In this document: one piece after another, positions 30,057 through 39,212 of the stretch
Numbering within the stretch: position 1 is the stretch's first letter
Layout: each line of letters begins with the position of its first letter
From: an uncultured archaeon
Lineage (GTDB): Archaea > Thermoproteota > Bathyarchaeia > 40CM-2-53-6 > CALIRQ01
Length of the DNA: 64,000 bases
Assembly (NCBI GenBank): GCA_938042195.1
Contig: CALIRQ010000007.1
Location: forward strand, 180-64,179
Direction of reading: 5' to 3'
Program-made: the position numbers and the translations under genes
Notes under the pieces: model-generated
The model's database searches: none
Told to the model about the DNA's origin: nothing
The model's input: only the letters and a program-made list of their open reading frames with translations

Positions 30057-30639
30057 CCGCAATCCGCTCCCTCGCTTCGCCCTTCGCCCTTTTCGCATCC
30101 TCCTCTATCCACTCAAGCTTCCCCAAGAATGGTTGCCTAACCGTTATCCCTATCTTCCCTCCCATGCCGCCCCTCGGAAAGCTCACGGCTATGATCCTAG
30201 CCCTAACGAAATCCCCCTTCCCCAACTTCCTCTGCGTTTCCTTCCCAATCAAGATCCCATGCTTCTCGTCATAGTTTATGAAATCATCCATTATTTGGGA
30301 TACATGCAATAGGGCGTCCTCCGGGCCGAGTCTGACGAATGCCCCGAAGTCCGTTACCTCTACGACCTCCCCCTCGATAACCTCTTGGACCTCGGGGTAG
30401 AAGGTCAGGAGCTTGAAGGTGGCCCTATGGTAAGTGGAGCCATCCCCATGCAAGATCTTCCCAACCGGATCGGCATTAACATCAATTACAAGGATCACAT
30501 AGCCGAGATCCTCGTTCACGATATTCTCGTATTTTGCCTTAACCTGCTCCCTCGCCGCCTCCTGTATCGGCCTCCCCAGCTCCGTGGGCGGTATCCTCAC
30601 CACGTCCTCGACTTCCACGAGCCTGAACGTCGCGCGCAA
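30046..30639 (-). CDS. rpoE: DNA-directed RNA polymerase subunit E' (Rpo7)
   Basis: VEVEDVVRIPP N-terminus, S1 domain (GEVVEVTDFGAFVRLG), C-terminal MRQPFLGKLEWI; start ambiguous (TTG near 30639 or GTG near 30618). Confidence 0.8.
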   Translation of the reverse strand: MRATFRLVEVEDVVRIPPTELGRPIQEAAREQVKAKYENIVNEDLGYVILVIDVNADPVGKILHGDGSTYHRATFKLLTFYPEVQEVIEGEVVEVTDFGAFVRLGPEDALLHVSQIMDDFINYDEKHGILIGKETQRKLGKGDFVRARIIAVSFPRGGMGGKIGITVRQPFLGKLEWIEEDAKRAKGEARERIADVS

Positions 30640-30655
30640 CCCCCTTAATGATCGA

Positions 30656-31126
30656 TCAAAGATATTCGGGCTCCATCCCCTCAAGGCAGAGCCTCGATTT
30701 ATTCCTTAAGTAAATGATCGGGACATTTATATTCCTTAACTTTTTCCTGAGTCCCGCATCATTTGTGGCCACGATAGCCCTCATCCCCTTCGATGCCGCT
30801 ATTATGGCCTCATCAACCCCCCCTCCCCCAGGGGGCTCGAAGCGAACTTTCTCGCACCTTTCGGCCAATTGGATCGCCAACTTAGCCATTCGACCCCTTT
30901 TGCCCCCCTCCTTCGAGATCCTCATCAACTCCTCCCCGACCGGACTTATCAGAGTGAAGATTGGCTTCCCCGAGATGAGTTCCTCAATGCCCTTGAAGGG
31001 ATCCACCCTGAACTTGAATGGCATCATTAGGAAGCTTGAGTCGAGGAGCACCCTGACCGCCCTCTCGCGCCCGCCGGGGTTTGGGGATGCGCTCATTTTA
31101 CGACTCCGTATCCTATTAACCTCCAT
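30656..31126 (-). CDS. PIN-domain protein (Fcf1/COG1412-like), rpoE'-associated
   Basis: LLDSSFLMMPFKF PIN N-terminal motif; conserved position upstream of rpoE' in archaeal operons. Confidence 0.6.
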   Translation of the reverse strand: MEVNRIRSRKMSASPNPGGRERAVRVLLDSSFLMMPFKFRVDPFKGIEELISGKPIFTLISPVGEELMRISKEGGKRGRMAKLAIQLAERCEKVRFEPPGGGGVDEAIIAASKGMRAIVATNDAGLRKKLRNINVPIIYLRNKSRLCLEGMEPEYL

Positions 31127-32319
31127 CCGGTCATTATCTTCCTGCTTATGGCGACCTTCATCCTCGGCTCGACGCTGACTGGCCTCCTCAGGGAGACCTC
31201 AATCAAGTCCTCTCTGACAGATGTAACTACGCCGGAGGTAACGCTGGTTCCAACGTTCAAAACGAGGACCTCGTTCATCCTTATCCTCTCGGTCGGTATC
31301 TCCTCCCTCACGCCCACGACCTTCTCGAAGAGCTTGACCTCGAGCCTCAGGGATTCCAACAGGGGGGGCATCCTGCCAATCCTTCCCACCAAGCTCCCGA
31401 CCAGCCCATCGGATTTTGTTAAAGAGGGGTCGAGCTTCGTCCCCAGGGCCACCAAGCCCCCGGGCCCCGCCTCCTCAACGCTCCCGCGGCTTATGCGGAT
31501 GCTCTCTACAGTTGTCGTCAAGGGCTCATACTTGGGCTTCCCTCCCTCCTCCACTCTTATCCCCGGGATGATCTCTATCTCATCGCCCACCCTCAACTTG
31601 CCTTGGATTATTGACCCGCCCAGGACTCCGCCGACGAGATCCTCCACTTCGGTGCCCGGCTTGTTAACTTCGAAGGATCTGAGCACGTACATCTTCGGAT
31701 CGAGCGAGAGGTCCCTTTTGGGCGTAGGGATCCATTCCTCCATGGCCTCGATCAGGGCGTCCATGTTGATCTTCTTTTGAGCGGAGACCGGTATGATCGG
31801 CGCCCCCTCCGCCACAGTGCCCTTCACGAATCTCTCTATCTCGGCCCTATTCTCGAGCGCCCTTTCCTTGCTCACTATATCTATCTTATTTTGGACTATG
31901 ATCATCCTTTTTATGCCCGCTATTTCCGCAGCGAGGAGGTGCTCCCTATCTTGGGCCTGCGGGAACTTGACATCGCTAGCCACCAAGAAGAGCGCACCAT
32001 CCATGAGGGCGGCGCCGGAGAGCATCGTGACCATGAGGCTGTGGTGACCCGGGCAATCAATGAAGCTGACCCCCCTCAGGAACTCCGCATCCCCCCCACA
32101 TTGGGGGCACTTCGGCTCGCTTGTGTAAACAGGGGGATCGCATCTGGAACATTTGTAAAAATAGGCGTCGGCATATCCTATCCTTATGGTAATGCCCCTC
32201 CTCAGCTCTTCGGAATGCCTGGACGTCCAAATACCCGTGAGGGCCTGAACTAGGGTACTCTTCCCGTTATCCACATGGCCGAGCGTGCCTATGTTGCATT
32301 CCGGCTGTATCGGCCTCAT
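31093..32319 (-). CDS. eif2g: translation initiation factor aIF-2 gamma subunit
   Basis: NIGTLGHVDNGKSTL G-domain, Zn-knuckle CSRC...CPQCG; start placed at MRPIQPECN (ATG 32319), the listed ORF being 5'-extended. Confidence 0.9.
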   Translation of the reverse strand: MRPIQPECNIGTLGHVDNGKSTLVQALTGIWTSRHSEELRRGITIRIGYADAYFYKCSRCDPPVYTSEPKCPQCGGDAEFLRGVSFIDCPGHHSLMVTMLSGAALMDGALFLVASDVKFPQAQDREHLLAAEIAGIKRMIIVQNKIDIVSKERALENRAEIERFVKGTVAEGAPIIPVSAQKKINMDALIEAMEEWIPTPKRDLSLDPKMYVLRSFEVNKPGTEVEDLVGGVLGGSIIQGKLRVGDEIEIIPGIRVEEGGKPKYEPLTTTVESIRISRGSVEEAGPGGLVALGTKLDPSLTKSDGLVGSLVGRIGRMPPLLESLRLEVKLFEKVVGVREEIPTERIRMNEVLVLNVGTSVTSGVVTSVREDLIEVSLRRPVSVEPRMKVAISRKIMTGWRLIGYGVVK

Positions 32320-32442
32320 TTGAAGTCCCTTTCCAATTTCCCGCCCTCCCCTAAAGGGACCTCGCCACGGATAAATTTGACTATTCGCGAGGGAGAGGGG
32401 GGCTTCAGGTTGACCCGCGAAAGGGATCGCGGAGCGGGGGAA

Positions 32443-33429
32443 GTGCTCTGCCTGGGGATAGAGTCGACGGCGCATACGTTCGGAGCCAGCGTGGCCAGTT
32501 CTAGGGGGGAGATCCTTTCCGATATAAAGGAGGTCTATCGCCCCCCGATGGGGAGCGGCATACACCCGAGGGAGGCGGCCCAGCACCATTCGAAGATCGC
32601 CCCAAAGGTTGTCCGCGAGGCTTTGAGGGCGGCTGGCAAATCCCCGGAGGATGTCGATGCCATAGCCTATTCCAAGGGGCCGGGCCTCGGCCCGGTCCTA
32701 AGGGTTGGGGCGACCATTGCTAGGGCAATATCGGCTAGGTACTCCAAACCCCTCATCCCAATACATCATGCGATCGCCCACATAGAGATCGGGTTGCTCA
32801 CCACCGGCCTTAGAAACCCCCTCGTGGTATTGGTCTCCGGAGGCCATACGACCGTGGCCTTCTTCTCCAAGGGTAAATGGAGGGTCTTCGGCGAAACGGA
32901 GGATATAACCCTCGGGAACCTGCTGGATGCCTTCGGCAGGGAGGCGGGAATACCCCATCCAGCGGGCCCGAATATAGAGGGGATCGCCTCCAAGGGGAGG
33001 AAGCTCATCGAACTCCCGTATATTGTGAAGGGCAACGACGTCTCCTACTCCGGGCTCCTCACGGCTGCTGTCAAAAAGATACCGGATTCGAAGCTCCCCG
33101 ACCTATGCTACTCTCTTCAAGAGGTGGCCTTCTCCATGATCGTGGAGGTATCGGAAAGGGCGGTAGCCCAGTTGGAGCGCGAGGAACTCCTCCTGACCGG
33201 CGGGGTTTCGGCCAACCGCCGCCTGAGGGAGATGTTCGCTAAGATGATGTCCGAGCGTGGGGGGAGATCCGAGGCAGTGGATCCGAAGTACTCCGGCGAT
33301 TCCGGGGCCCAGATAGCTTGGACTGGGGCTCTGGCCTTCTCGAGTGGGGTTTCCGAGCGCCTAGGGGATAGCAAGGTGCTGCCGAGATGGAGGTTGGATG
33401 AGGTGGAGATCCCTTGGCGAAGGGGATGA
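32443..33429 (+). CDS. kae1: KEOPS subunit Kae1 (tRNA t6A37 threonylcarbamoyltransferase)
   Basis: LCLGIESTAHTFG N-terminus, HHAIAHIE, Kae1/TsaD-family motifs; GTG start at 32443 avoids overlap with the divergent aIF2-gamma gene. Confidence 0.85.
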   Translation: MLCLGIESTAHTFGASVASSRGEILSDIKEVYRPPMGSGIHPREAAQHHSKIAPKVVREALRAAGKSPEDVDAIAYSKGPGLGPVLRVGATIARAISARYSKPLIPIHHAIAHIEIGLLTTGLRNPLVVLVSGGHTTVAFFSKGKWRVFGETEDITLGNLLDAFGREAGIPHPAGPNIEGIASKGRKLIELPYIVKGNDVSYSGLLTAAVKKIPDSKLPDLCYSLQEVAFSMIVEVSERAVAQLEREELLLTGGVSANRRLREMFAKMMSERGGRSEAVDPKYSGDSGAQIAWTGALAFSSGVSERLGDSKVLPRWRLDEVEIPWRRG

Positions 33430-34049
33430 CACTGCTCAAGAAGGGCGCTGAGGCCAACCTATATTTGGGGGAGTGGTACGGCATGAAGGCCGTATACAAA
33501 GTAAGGGTTAGAAAGGGGTACAGGATCCCCCAGCTGGACAAGAGGATAAGGGAGGAGAGGACGGCTAGGGAAGCCTCCATGCTTCACGAGGTCAAGCTCC
33601 TGGGGGTTCCGACGCCATCCGTCTACAGCGTCGACATTCGCTCCAAGACAATCGTTTTGGAGTTCATCGAAGGGATCAGGATGAAGGAAGCCTTGGAGTT
33701 CAGGGGGCCCAAGGCGCTCCCGCTGTTTGAGATCGGGGAATGCGTGGGAAGGATGCACTCTAACGGGATAATCCACGGCGACCTCACCACTTCCAATATA
33801 ATGCTCATGGAGGGCGGCGGGATCGCCTTAATGGATTTCGGGCTGAGCTTTAGATCGAGCGATGAAGAGGACATGGGGACAGACTTGCTCATATTGAAGA
33901 GGGCTCTCGGAAGCCTCCATCACGAGCGGGCGAGGGCGGTCCTTGAAAAGATAATGAAGGGTTATCGCTCCATCATCGAATTCGCGGATGATGTCGTCGA
34001 AAAGATGCTCGAGGTGGAGCGGAGGGGGAGGTACTTTTCCGAGAGGTGA
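33414..34049 (+). CDS. bud32: KEOPS subunit Bud32 (small RIO-like kinase)
   Basis: LLKKGAEANLY, HGDLTTSNIM catalytic loop, DFG; 16-nt overlap with kae1. Confidence 0.8.
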   Translation: MAKGMTLLKKGAEANLYLGEWYGMKAVYKVRVRKGYRIPQLDKRIREERTAREASMLHEVKLLGVPTPSVYSVDIRSKTIVLEFIEGIRMKEALEFRGPKALPLFEIGECVGRMHSNGIIHGDLTTSNIMLMEGGGIALMDFGLSFRSSDEEDMGTDLLILKRALGSLHHERARAVLEKIMKGYRSIIEFADDVVEKMLEVERRGRYFSER

Positions 34050-34669
34050 ATGGGATGCCGCCCCATGAGGCGGAGGTCTTCTTCCTGACGAAGAACTTTG
34101 GGAAGTTCAAGGAGGCATCGGCGGTCCTAAGTAGGTTCGGCATAAGGGTCCTTAGGATGTCCGAGGATAGGGTGGAAATACAATCGGACGATCTCTGCGA
34201 GATATCGAAGTTCTCATCCCTCGAGGCCTCGAAAGCGCATGGGGTTCCCCTCATCGCAGAGGATGCGGGGCTTTTCGTTTATTCCCTTCGGGGATTCCCG
34301 GGGCCTTACTCCTCCTACGCCTTCAGGACGATAGGCGTGAGGGGCCTCCTCAAATTGCTCGAAGGCGTTGTGGATAGGAGGGCGGAGTTCAAGTCCGCCG
34401 TTTCCTTTTGCGCTCCGGGATTGGACCCGCTTTGCTTCTTGGGCATCGCGCGCGGGAGGATCTCCGAGGAGGCCCGGGGCTCACAAGGCTTTGGGTTCGA
34501 TCCGATATTCATCCCCGATGGCGGAGGGGAGAGAACTTTCGCGGAGATGGGCCTTGAGGAAAAGAATAAATACTCTCATAGGGCCAAAGCGTTGGAAAAA
34601 TTCGCGAGATGGTTCAAGGGGGAAAAATGGCCCCTCAATTCCGATGCCGATAGGTCTGAAGCGGAGTAG
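34046..34669 (+). CDS. non-canonical purine NTP pyrophosphatase (Ham1/ITPase)
   Basis: FGFDPIFIP...TFAEM...KNKYSHRAKA Ham1 motifs. Confidence 0.8.
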   Translation: MNGMPPHEAEVFFLTKNFGKFKEASAVLSRFGIRVLRMSEDRVEIQSDDLCEISKFSSLEASKAHGVPLIAEDAGLFVYSLRGFPGPYSSYAFRTIGVRGLLKLLEGVVDRRAEFKSAVSFCAPGLDPLCFLGIARGRISEEARGSQGFGFDPIFIPDGGGERTFAEMGLEEKNKYSHRAKALEKFARWFKGEKWPLNSDADRSEAE

Positions 34670-34678
34670 GATCGAACC

Positions 34679-35128
34679 ATGGCGAGGCTCTACAGCAGGA
34701 AGAAGGGGAAATCCGGATCCACCAGGCCCGTGAGCAAGAAGCCACCGGCTTGGTGCAAATACGCACCGGAGGAAGTCGAAGCGCTCGTGGTAAAGCTCTC
34801 TAGGGAGGGATATTCCCAAAGCGCCATAGGAGCCATACTCCGGGATAAATACGGAATACCCTTGGTCAAGCAGGTGACCGGGAAGACCATCGGGGAGATC
34901 CTTAGGGCCGAGGGCTTGGCCCCGAGGATCCCGGAGGACTTGGGATCGCTCCTTAAAAAGGCCGAATCCATGAGGAAGCACTTGGAGAAGCATAGATCGG
35001 ACTCGGTCAACAAGAGGGCCTTGGCGCTGATAGAATCGAAGATCCATAGGATCTCGAAGTACTATATGAGGAAGGGGATCCTTGGCCCCGATTGGAAGTA
35101 CACCCCAGCGGTCGCGTCAGTGACCTGA
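34679..35128 (+). CDS. rps15: 30S ribosomal protein S15 (uS15/S13e)
   Basis: MARLYSRKKGKSGSTRP N-terminus and S15 fold pattern. Confidence 0.85.
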   Translation: MARLYSRKKGKSGSTRPVSKKPPAWCKYAPEEVEALVVKLSREGYSQSAIGAILRDKYGIPLVKQVTGKTIGEILRAEGLAPRIPEDLGSLLKKAESMRKHLEKHRSDSVNKRALALIESKIHRISKYYMRKGILGPDWKYTPAVASVT

Positions 35129-35130
35129 AG

Positions 35131-36570
35131 ATGGCCGATCGCGCGGGCCTAATGGCCCGCATAGAAGAGATGGCCGAATCCATAAGGAATGAGGCGGGGA
35201 AACCCTCCAACTTCTTAGTAGTAACGCATTTCGATGCCGATGGTCTCGGAGCCGGGGCGATCCTTTGCAAAGCGTTGATGAGGCTCTCAGTTCCCTTCCA
35301 TATCAAGGTGGCCCAAGGCTTGGACGAGGAGATACTCGGGGAGGTCTCGGGATCCCGCTATGATGTGGTGATATTCAACGAGATCGGCAGCGGTTACCTC
35401 GACCTGATAGGGGGGATCGACTTCCGGGGGAGGAGGGTCATGATAATCGATCATCACCAAACGGCCGGCAACCTCCCGGATGGCATAATGCACGTCAACC
35501 CCCATGACCACGGCTTCGATGGAAGCAAGGAGTTGAGCGGATCCGGAATCGCGTTCCTGCTCTCTAAAGCCTTGGATGAATCCAATAGCGACTTGGCGCC
35601 GCTGGCGGTCGTTGGCGCCTTGGGTGATACGCAGGACATCGGTCCCAAGCGATCCCTCACGGGCTTGAACGAGGAGGTCGCCCAATTCGCGGCCTCCATT
35701 GGGAGCTTGGAGATTAGGGAGGATCTGATCCTATATGGGAGGGAGACGAGGCCCATCCATAGGGCCTTGGCCCAGACGACCTCCCCATTCCTTCCCGGGC
35801 TTACCGGGGAGGAGGACAAATGCCTCGACCTCCTCGCCTCAGCGGGCATAAGGGTCAAGGAGGATGACAAATGGAGGGTTTTGGCGGATCTGGACGAAGA
35901 GGAGAAGCAGAGGCTTCTCTCGAACATAATCAAACACCTATCCTCAAGGGGCATCGGCGGGGAGCTGGCCCTCGAATTGGTCGGGAAGGTATATACGCTC
36001 TCGAGGGAGAGGCGATGGACCCCGCTTAGGGACGGAAGGGAGTTCGCATCCCTATTGAATGCCTGCGGGAGGATGGGGAGGCCGGGGCTCGGCATCTCGA
36101 TCTGCATGGGGGATAGGGGAGCGGCCTTGGAGGAGGCGAATCGAACCTTGGCGGAATATAGGAGAAGCTTGGCCCAATGCATGGGGGAGATATACTCAAA
36201 CCCTGGTAGGGTTAGGGAATTGCGGGAGGCCTTCGTGATACTCGGAGAGGGCTTGATCGATGAAGGGATGACCGGCGCAGTTTCCTCAATGCTATCCTCC
36301 TCTGGGGCCTTTAACTCGAAGAAGGTGATCGTCGTTTCCACGATCACGAAAAGGGGCGAGTTCAAGATCTCCGCGAGGTTATCGGACCGATCGAAGGGGC
36401 TCGGGATAAATCTTGGATCCATATTGAAGAGGCTATCGGCCAAGTACTCCGGGCAGGGCGGCGGGCACGATGTGGCCGCCGGGGCCCAGGTCAAGATGGA
36501 GTTGGCGGAGGAATTTCTGAGATCCTTGGATGAGGAGATATGCGAAGCCGCGGGAACGCATGCGAGCTAA
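35131..36570 (+). CDS. DHH/DHHA1 phosphoesterase, archaeal RecJ-like / GAN (Cdc45 homologue)
   Basis: VVTHFDADGL (DHH motif I), IIDHHQ (motif III), GGGH (DHHA1); conserved position after S15; start at ATG just after the S15 stop. Confidence 0.7.
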   Translation: MADRAGLMARIEEMAESIRNEAGKPSNFLVVTHFDADGLGAGAILCKALMRLSVPFHIKVAQGLDEEILGEVSGSRYDVVIFNEIGSGYLDLIGGIDFRGRRVMIIDHHQTAGNLPDGIMHVNPHDHGFDGSKELSGSGIAFLLSKALDESNSDLAPLAVVGALGDTQDIGPKRSLTGLNEEVAQFAASIGSLEIREDLILYGRETRPIHRALAQTTSPFLPGLTGEEDKCLDLLASAGIRVKEDDKWRVLADLDEEEKQRLLSNIIKHLSSRGIGGELALELVGKVYTLSRERRWTPLRDGREFASLLNACGRMGRPGLGISICMGDRGAALEEANRTLAEYRRSLAQCMGEIYSNPGRVRELREAFVILGEGLIDEGMTGAVSSMLSSSGAFNSKKVIVVSTITKRGEFKISARLSDRSKGLGINLGSILKRLSAKYSGQGGGHDVAAGAQVKMELAEEFLRSLDEEICEAAGTHAS

Positions 36571-36896
36571 GGGTTAGGTTCGAGTTGCCTAGCGGCCTTG
36601 CCTCGGTCCTAGCGCGAGCCCTCTCTCCGGATTGCAAGCGCCTTCCGAGCGGCCTGCGGGTCGAGGTGAAGGCTAGGGGGAGATCCTTGGAGGCCTCGCT
36701 GCGCGCATGGGATGCGCCATCCGTATTGAACGCCGCCGAGGATATGTTCAGGTGCGCGGAGGCCGCCTCCGTGACCTTGATGGGGTTGGCGCGCGCTCGG
36801 CAAACCTTTTTTAAACCCCGGCACGTGAAATTGGGAACATCTGGTGCAAAGGGAGATGTCAAAGGCCCGAAAGGTCAAGGACAAATGGCATGCTAA
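36540..36896 (+). CDS. KEOPS subunit Pcc1-like with C-terminal basic extension
   Basis: CELRVRFELPSGLASVLARALSPD...LRVEVKARGRSLEASLRAWDAPSVLNAAEDMFRCAEAA aligns with Pcc1 (e.g. the Pyrococcus 82-aa protein); the ORF runs ~35 aa further, overlapping the S3Ae start. Confidence 0.5.
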   Translation: MRSRGNACELRVRFELPSGLASVLARALSPDCKRLPSGLRVEVKARGRSLEASLRAWDAPSVLNAAEDMFRCAEAASVTLMGLARARQTFFKPRHVKLGTSGAKGDVKGPKGQGQMAC

Positions 36897-37485
36897 GAAG
36901 TGGATATCGGTCCTTGCCCCGCAATATTTCGGGGAACTCGAGGTCGCGAGCATCCTCTACGAGGATCCCCAGAGGCTCATCGGCAGAGTCGTGGAAACAA
37001 CCCTTTACGACATAACGGGCGACATAACCCATCAATCGACGAAGCTCTACTTCATGGTAGTTGGGGCGGAGGGAGGAAAAGCGAAGACCATACTTAAAAA
37101 ACACGAATATTCAACGGATTATCTCAGGAGCCTCGTCAGGAGGGGGAGCTCGAGGATCGATGGCATATTTACCGTTAGCTCCAAGGACGGGTATGTGGCC
37201 AGATATTCGATAGTGGCCTTCGCTAAGGGGAGGGCCAACTCCTCCCAAGCTAAGGCGATAAGGGCTACAATGAGGGAGGTATTGGAGGAAAGGGCTAGGA
37301 GCTTGGATTACAGCCAATTATGCCATGAGGTGGTCCTCGGGAAGGTCGCATCCGATATCTACAACAAGGCGAAGAAGATAATCCCGATCAGGCATGTGGG
37401 AGTGAGGAAATCGAAGCTATTGGCGATGCCGACGCGCCCCTTCCTCCCGGAGGAGGGCATGAAGGCGGAGGCGAAGACCGCCTAG
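36859..37485 (+). CDS. rps3ae: 30S ribosomal protein S3Ae (eS1)
   Basis: MSKARKVKDKWHAKKWISVLAPQYF S3Ae N-terminus. Confidence 0.85.
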   Translation, partial: SKARKVKDKWHAKKWISVLAPQYFGELEVASILYEDPQRLIGRVVETTLYDITGDITHQSTKLYFMVVGAEGGKAKTILKKHEYSTDYLRSLVRRGSSRIDGIFTVSSKDGYVARYSIVAFAKGRANSSQAKAIRATMREVLEERARSLDYSQLCHEVVLGKVASDIYNKAKKIIPIRHVGVRKSKLLAMPTRPFLPEEGMKAEAKTA

Positions 37486-37504
37486 GGCTCCGCAGCGGCC
37501 TCCC

Positions 37505-37762
37505 TCATTTCCTCCTCGCCCTCTTGAGGATCTCGTCTATTTCCTCCTCAGCCGCCCTGATCCTCTCCTCCAAGTTCCGGGATTCCTCCCTATTGCAAAC
37601 CCTTGAGAGATCGATCCTCAAGCGTTCCAATTCGACCCTGAGGTCGTTGTATCTCGCGAGCTCAAACGACTCCCTTTCGCTCTCCGCCAATAGCCCCAAT
37701 AGGTACCCACATATGGATCCCAGGAAGATCCCCAAGGCTAAGGAAAGCGGCTCCAGCGCCAT
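37505..37762 (-). CDS. small membrane-anchored coiled-coil protein (hypothetical)
   Basis: 85 aa: N-terminal TM helix (LALGIFLGSICGYLLGLL) then a charged coiled-coil; this is the C-terminal part of a 303-aa ORF whose upstream part is an antisense shadow of the GlmU-like gene. Confidence 0.3.
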   Translation of the reverse strand: MALEPLSLALGIFLGSICGYLLGLLAESERESFELARYNDLRVELERLRIDLSRVCNREESRNLEERIRAAEEEIDEILKRARRK

Positions 37763-37914
37763 CTTTCCACCAGCGCGCTTTCGGTGATTGCCGATTTGGT
37801 TCGGCCAGCCATTTAAAAATTCGCCGCCCCTAAGGCCTATGTGAAAAGGGAATAACCATTTTATGGGTTGCCGGAGGATTATGGGCTTAGAACCCCCTCC
37901 ATGGATGATGCCGA

Positions 37915-39207
37915 ATGGCGCGCGCGATAAGGGAGGCAGTGATCTTGGCCGCCGGCTTGGGGACGAGATTGCTCCCCCTGACTGAGAAGAGACCGAAGGC
38001 GATGATACCCGTGGGAGGTAGGCCATTAATTGATCACCTTCTTTCAGCCCTGAAGGGCTCCGGGATAGGGAGGGCGATCGTGGTGGTGGGGCATGAGGGG
38101 GGAAAGATCTCCTCCTTCGTTGGGGATGGCAGCAGGTGGGGGATGAAGGTGGAATACGCCATCCAGAGGAATTATTCCGGTACCGCCGATGCCTTGGGAG
38201 TGGCCGGGGAGTCCCTGCGGGATGATCGTTTCCTTTTGGTCTACGGCGATCTATTCGTGGGCTCGGGCTCCATAAGGTCCGTCCTCGAGGCTTGGGAGGC
38301 CTCCGGAGGGTTCGCGGTGGTGGGCGCCGTCGAGGTCTCGGATCGCCGGGACTTCGGCCTATTGATCGCGGATGGGGATTCGCTCGTGGATTTGATCGAG
38401 AAGCCAGCCGGTCCAACGCCGGAGCGGGCCCTCGTAAATGCCGGCATCTTCGCCTTCTCCTCGGACATTCTGAAGCTCGTTTCGAGGACGGGGCCCTCCG
38501 AACGCGGGGAACTGGAGCTTACGGACTCCATTAAGATGGCGATAGGGGAGGGCCACGAGGTGAAGATCTCGCGCCTGGATGAATCGGATTGGATGGATTT
38601 GGGAAGGCCTTGGGACGTTTTGGAGGCCAATAGGAGGGCCCTCTCTAAGGCGGGAAGGAGGATCGAGGGCGAGATCGAGAGGGGGGCGGAGGTCATCGGG
38701 GACGTTATCGTATCTAAGGGGACCGTCGTGAAGAGCGGATCCTACGTGGAAGGGCCAGCCTTTTTGGGGGAGGGGGCGGTCGTGGGCCCCAACTCGAGGA
38801 TAAGGCCATACACGTCGATCGGGGAAGGCGTGAGGGTGGGGAACTTCTGCGAGGTCAAGAATAGCGTGGTCCAAAGAGGGACCAAGATCCCGCATTTATC
38901 GTACCTCGGGGATAGCATAGTGGGGGAGGATTGCAACTTCGGGGCCGGGACCATAGTGGCGAACCTAAGGCTGGATTCGGGGACTATAAGGATGAGGATA
39001 AAGGATAGAATGGTGGATACCGGGCTGAGGAAGTTCGGGGCCGTCATAGGCGACGGCGTTAAAACGGGCATAAACGTGAGCATAATGCCCGGGGTCAAGA
39101 TAGGCGGTGGGGCGCTGATAGGGCCGGGCTGCGTGATCTATAGCGATGTGGAGCCCGGGGCGAGGATATTCTGCAGGCAGGAGTTGATCGTCAAGCCCCC
39201 TGAGTAG
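37915..39207 (+). CDS. bifunctional sugar-1-phosphate nucleotidyltransferase/acetyltransferase (archaeal GlmU-like, left-handed beta-helix C-terminus)
   Basis: ILAAGLGTRLLPLT nucleotidyltransferase motif plus C-terminal hexapeptide repeats; 430 aa. Confidence 0.75.
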   Translation: MARAIREAVILAAGLGTRLLPLTEKRPKAMIPVGGRPLIDHLLSALKGSGIGRAIVVVGHEGGKISSFVGDGSRWGMKVEYAIQRNYSGTADALGVAGESLRDDRFLLVYGDLFVGSGSIRSVLEAWEASGGFAVVGAVEVSDRRDFGLLIADGDSLVDLIEKPAGPTPERALVNAGIFAFSSDILKLVSRTGPSERGELELTDSIKMAIGEGHEVKISRLDESDWMDLGRPWDVLEANRRALSKAGRRIEGEIERGAEVIGDVIVSKGTVVKSGSYVEGPAFLGEGAVVGPNSRIRPYTSIGEGVRVGNFCEVKNSVVQRGTKIPHLSYLGDSIVGEDCNFGAGTIVANLRLDSGTIRMRIKDRMVDTGLRKFGAVIGDGVKTGINVSIMPGVKIGGGALIGPGCVIYSDVEPGARIFCRQELIVKPPE

Positions 39208-39212
39208 AATCG

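Noticed and set aside
30618-30684. Possible ACG initiation codon for RpoE', analogous to the L7Ae case
   Set aside because: Alignment puts the expected Met near an ACG codon, but in-frame TTG (about 30639) and GTG (about 30618) alternatives exist, so there is no need to invoke a non-canonical start.
37505-38416. 303-aa ORF on the minus strand
   Set aside because: The N-terminal two-thirds is Arg/Pro/Ser-rich low-complexity sequence lying antisense to the well-supported GlmU-like gene. Only the C-terminal 85 aa (37505-37762) lies outside that gene and looks protein-like.
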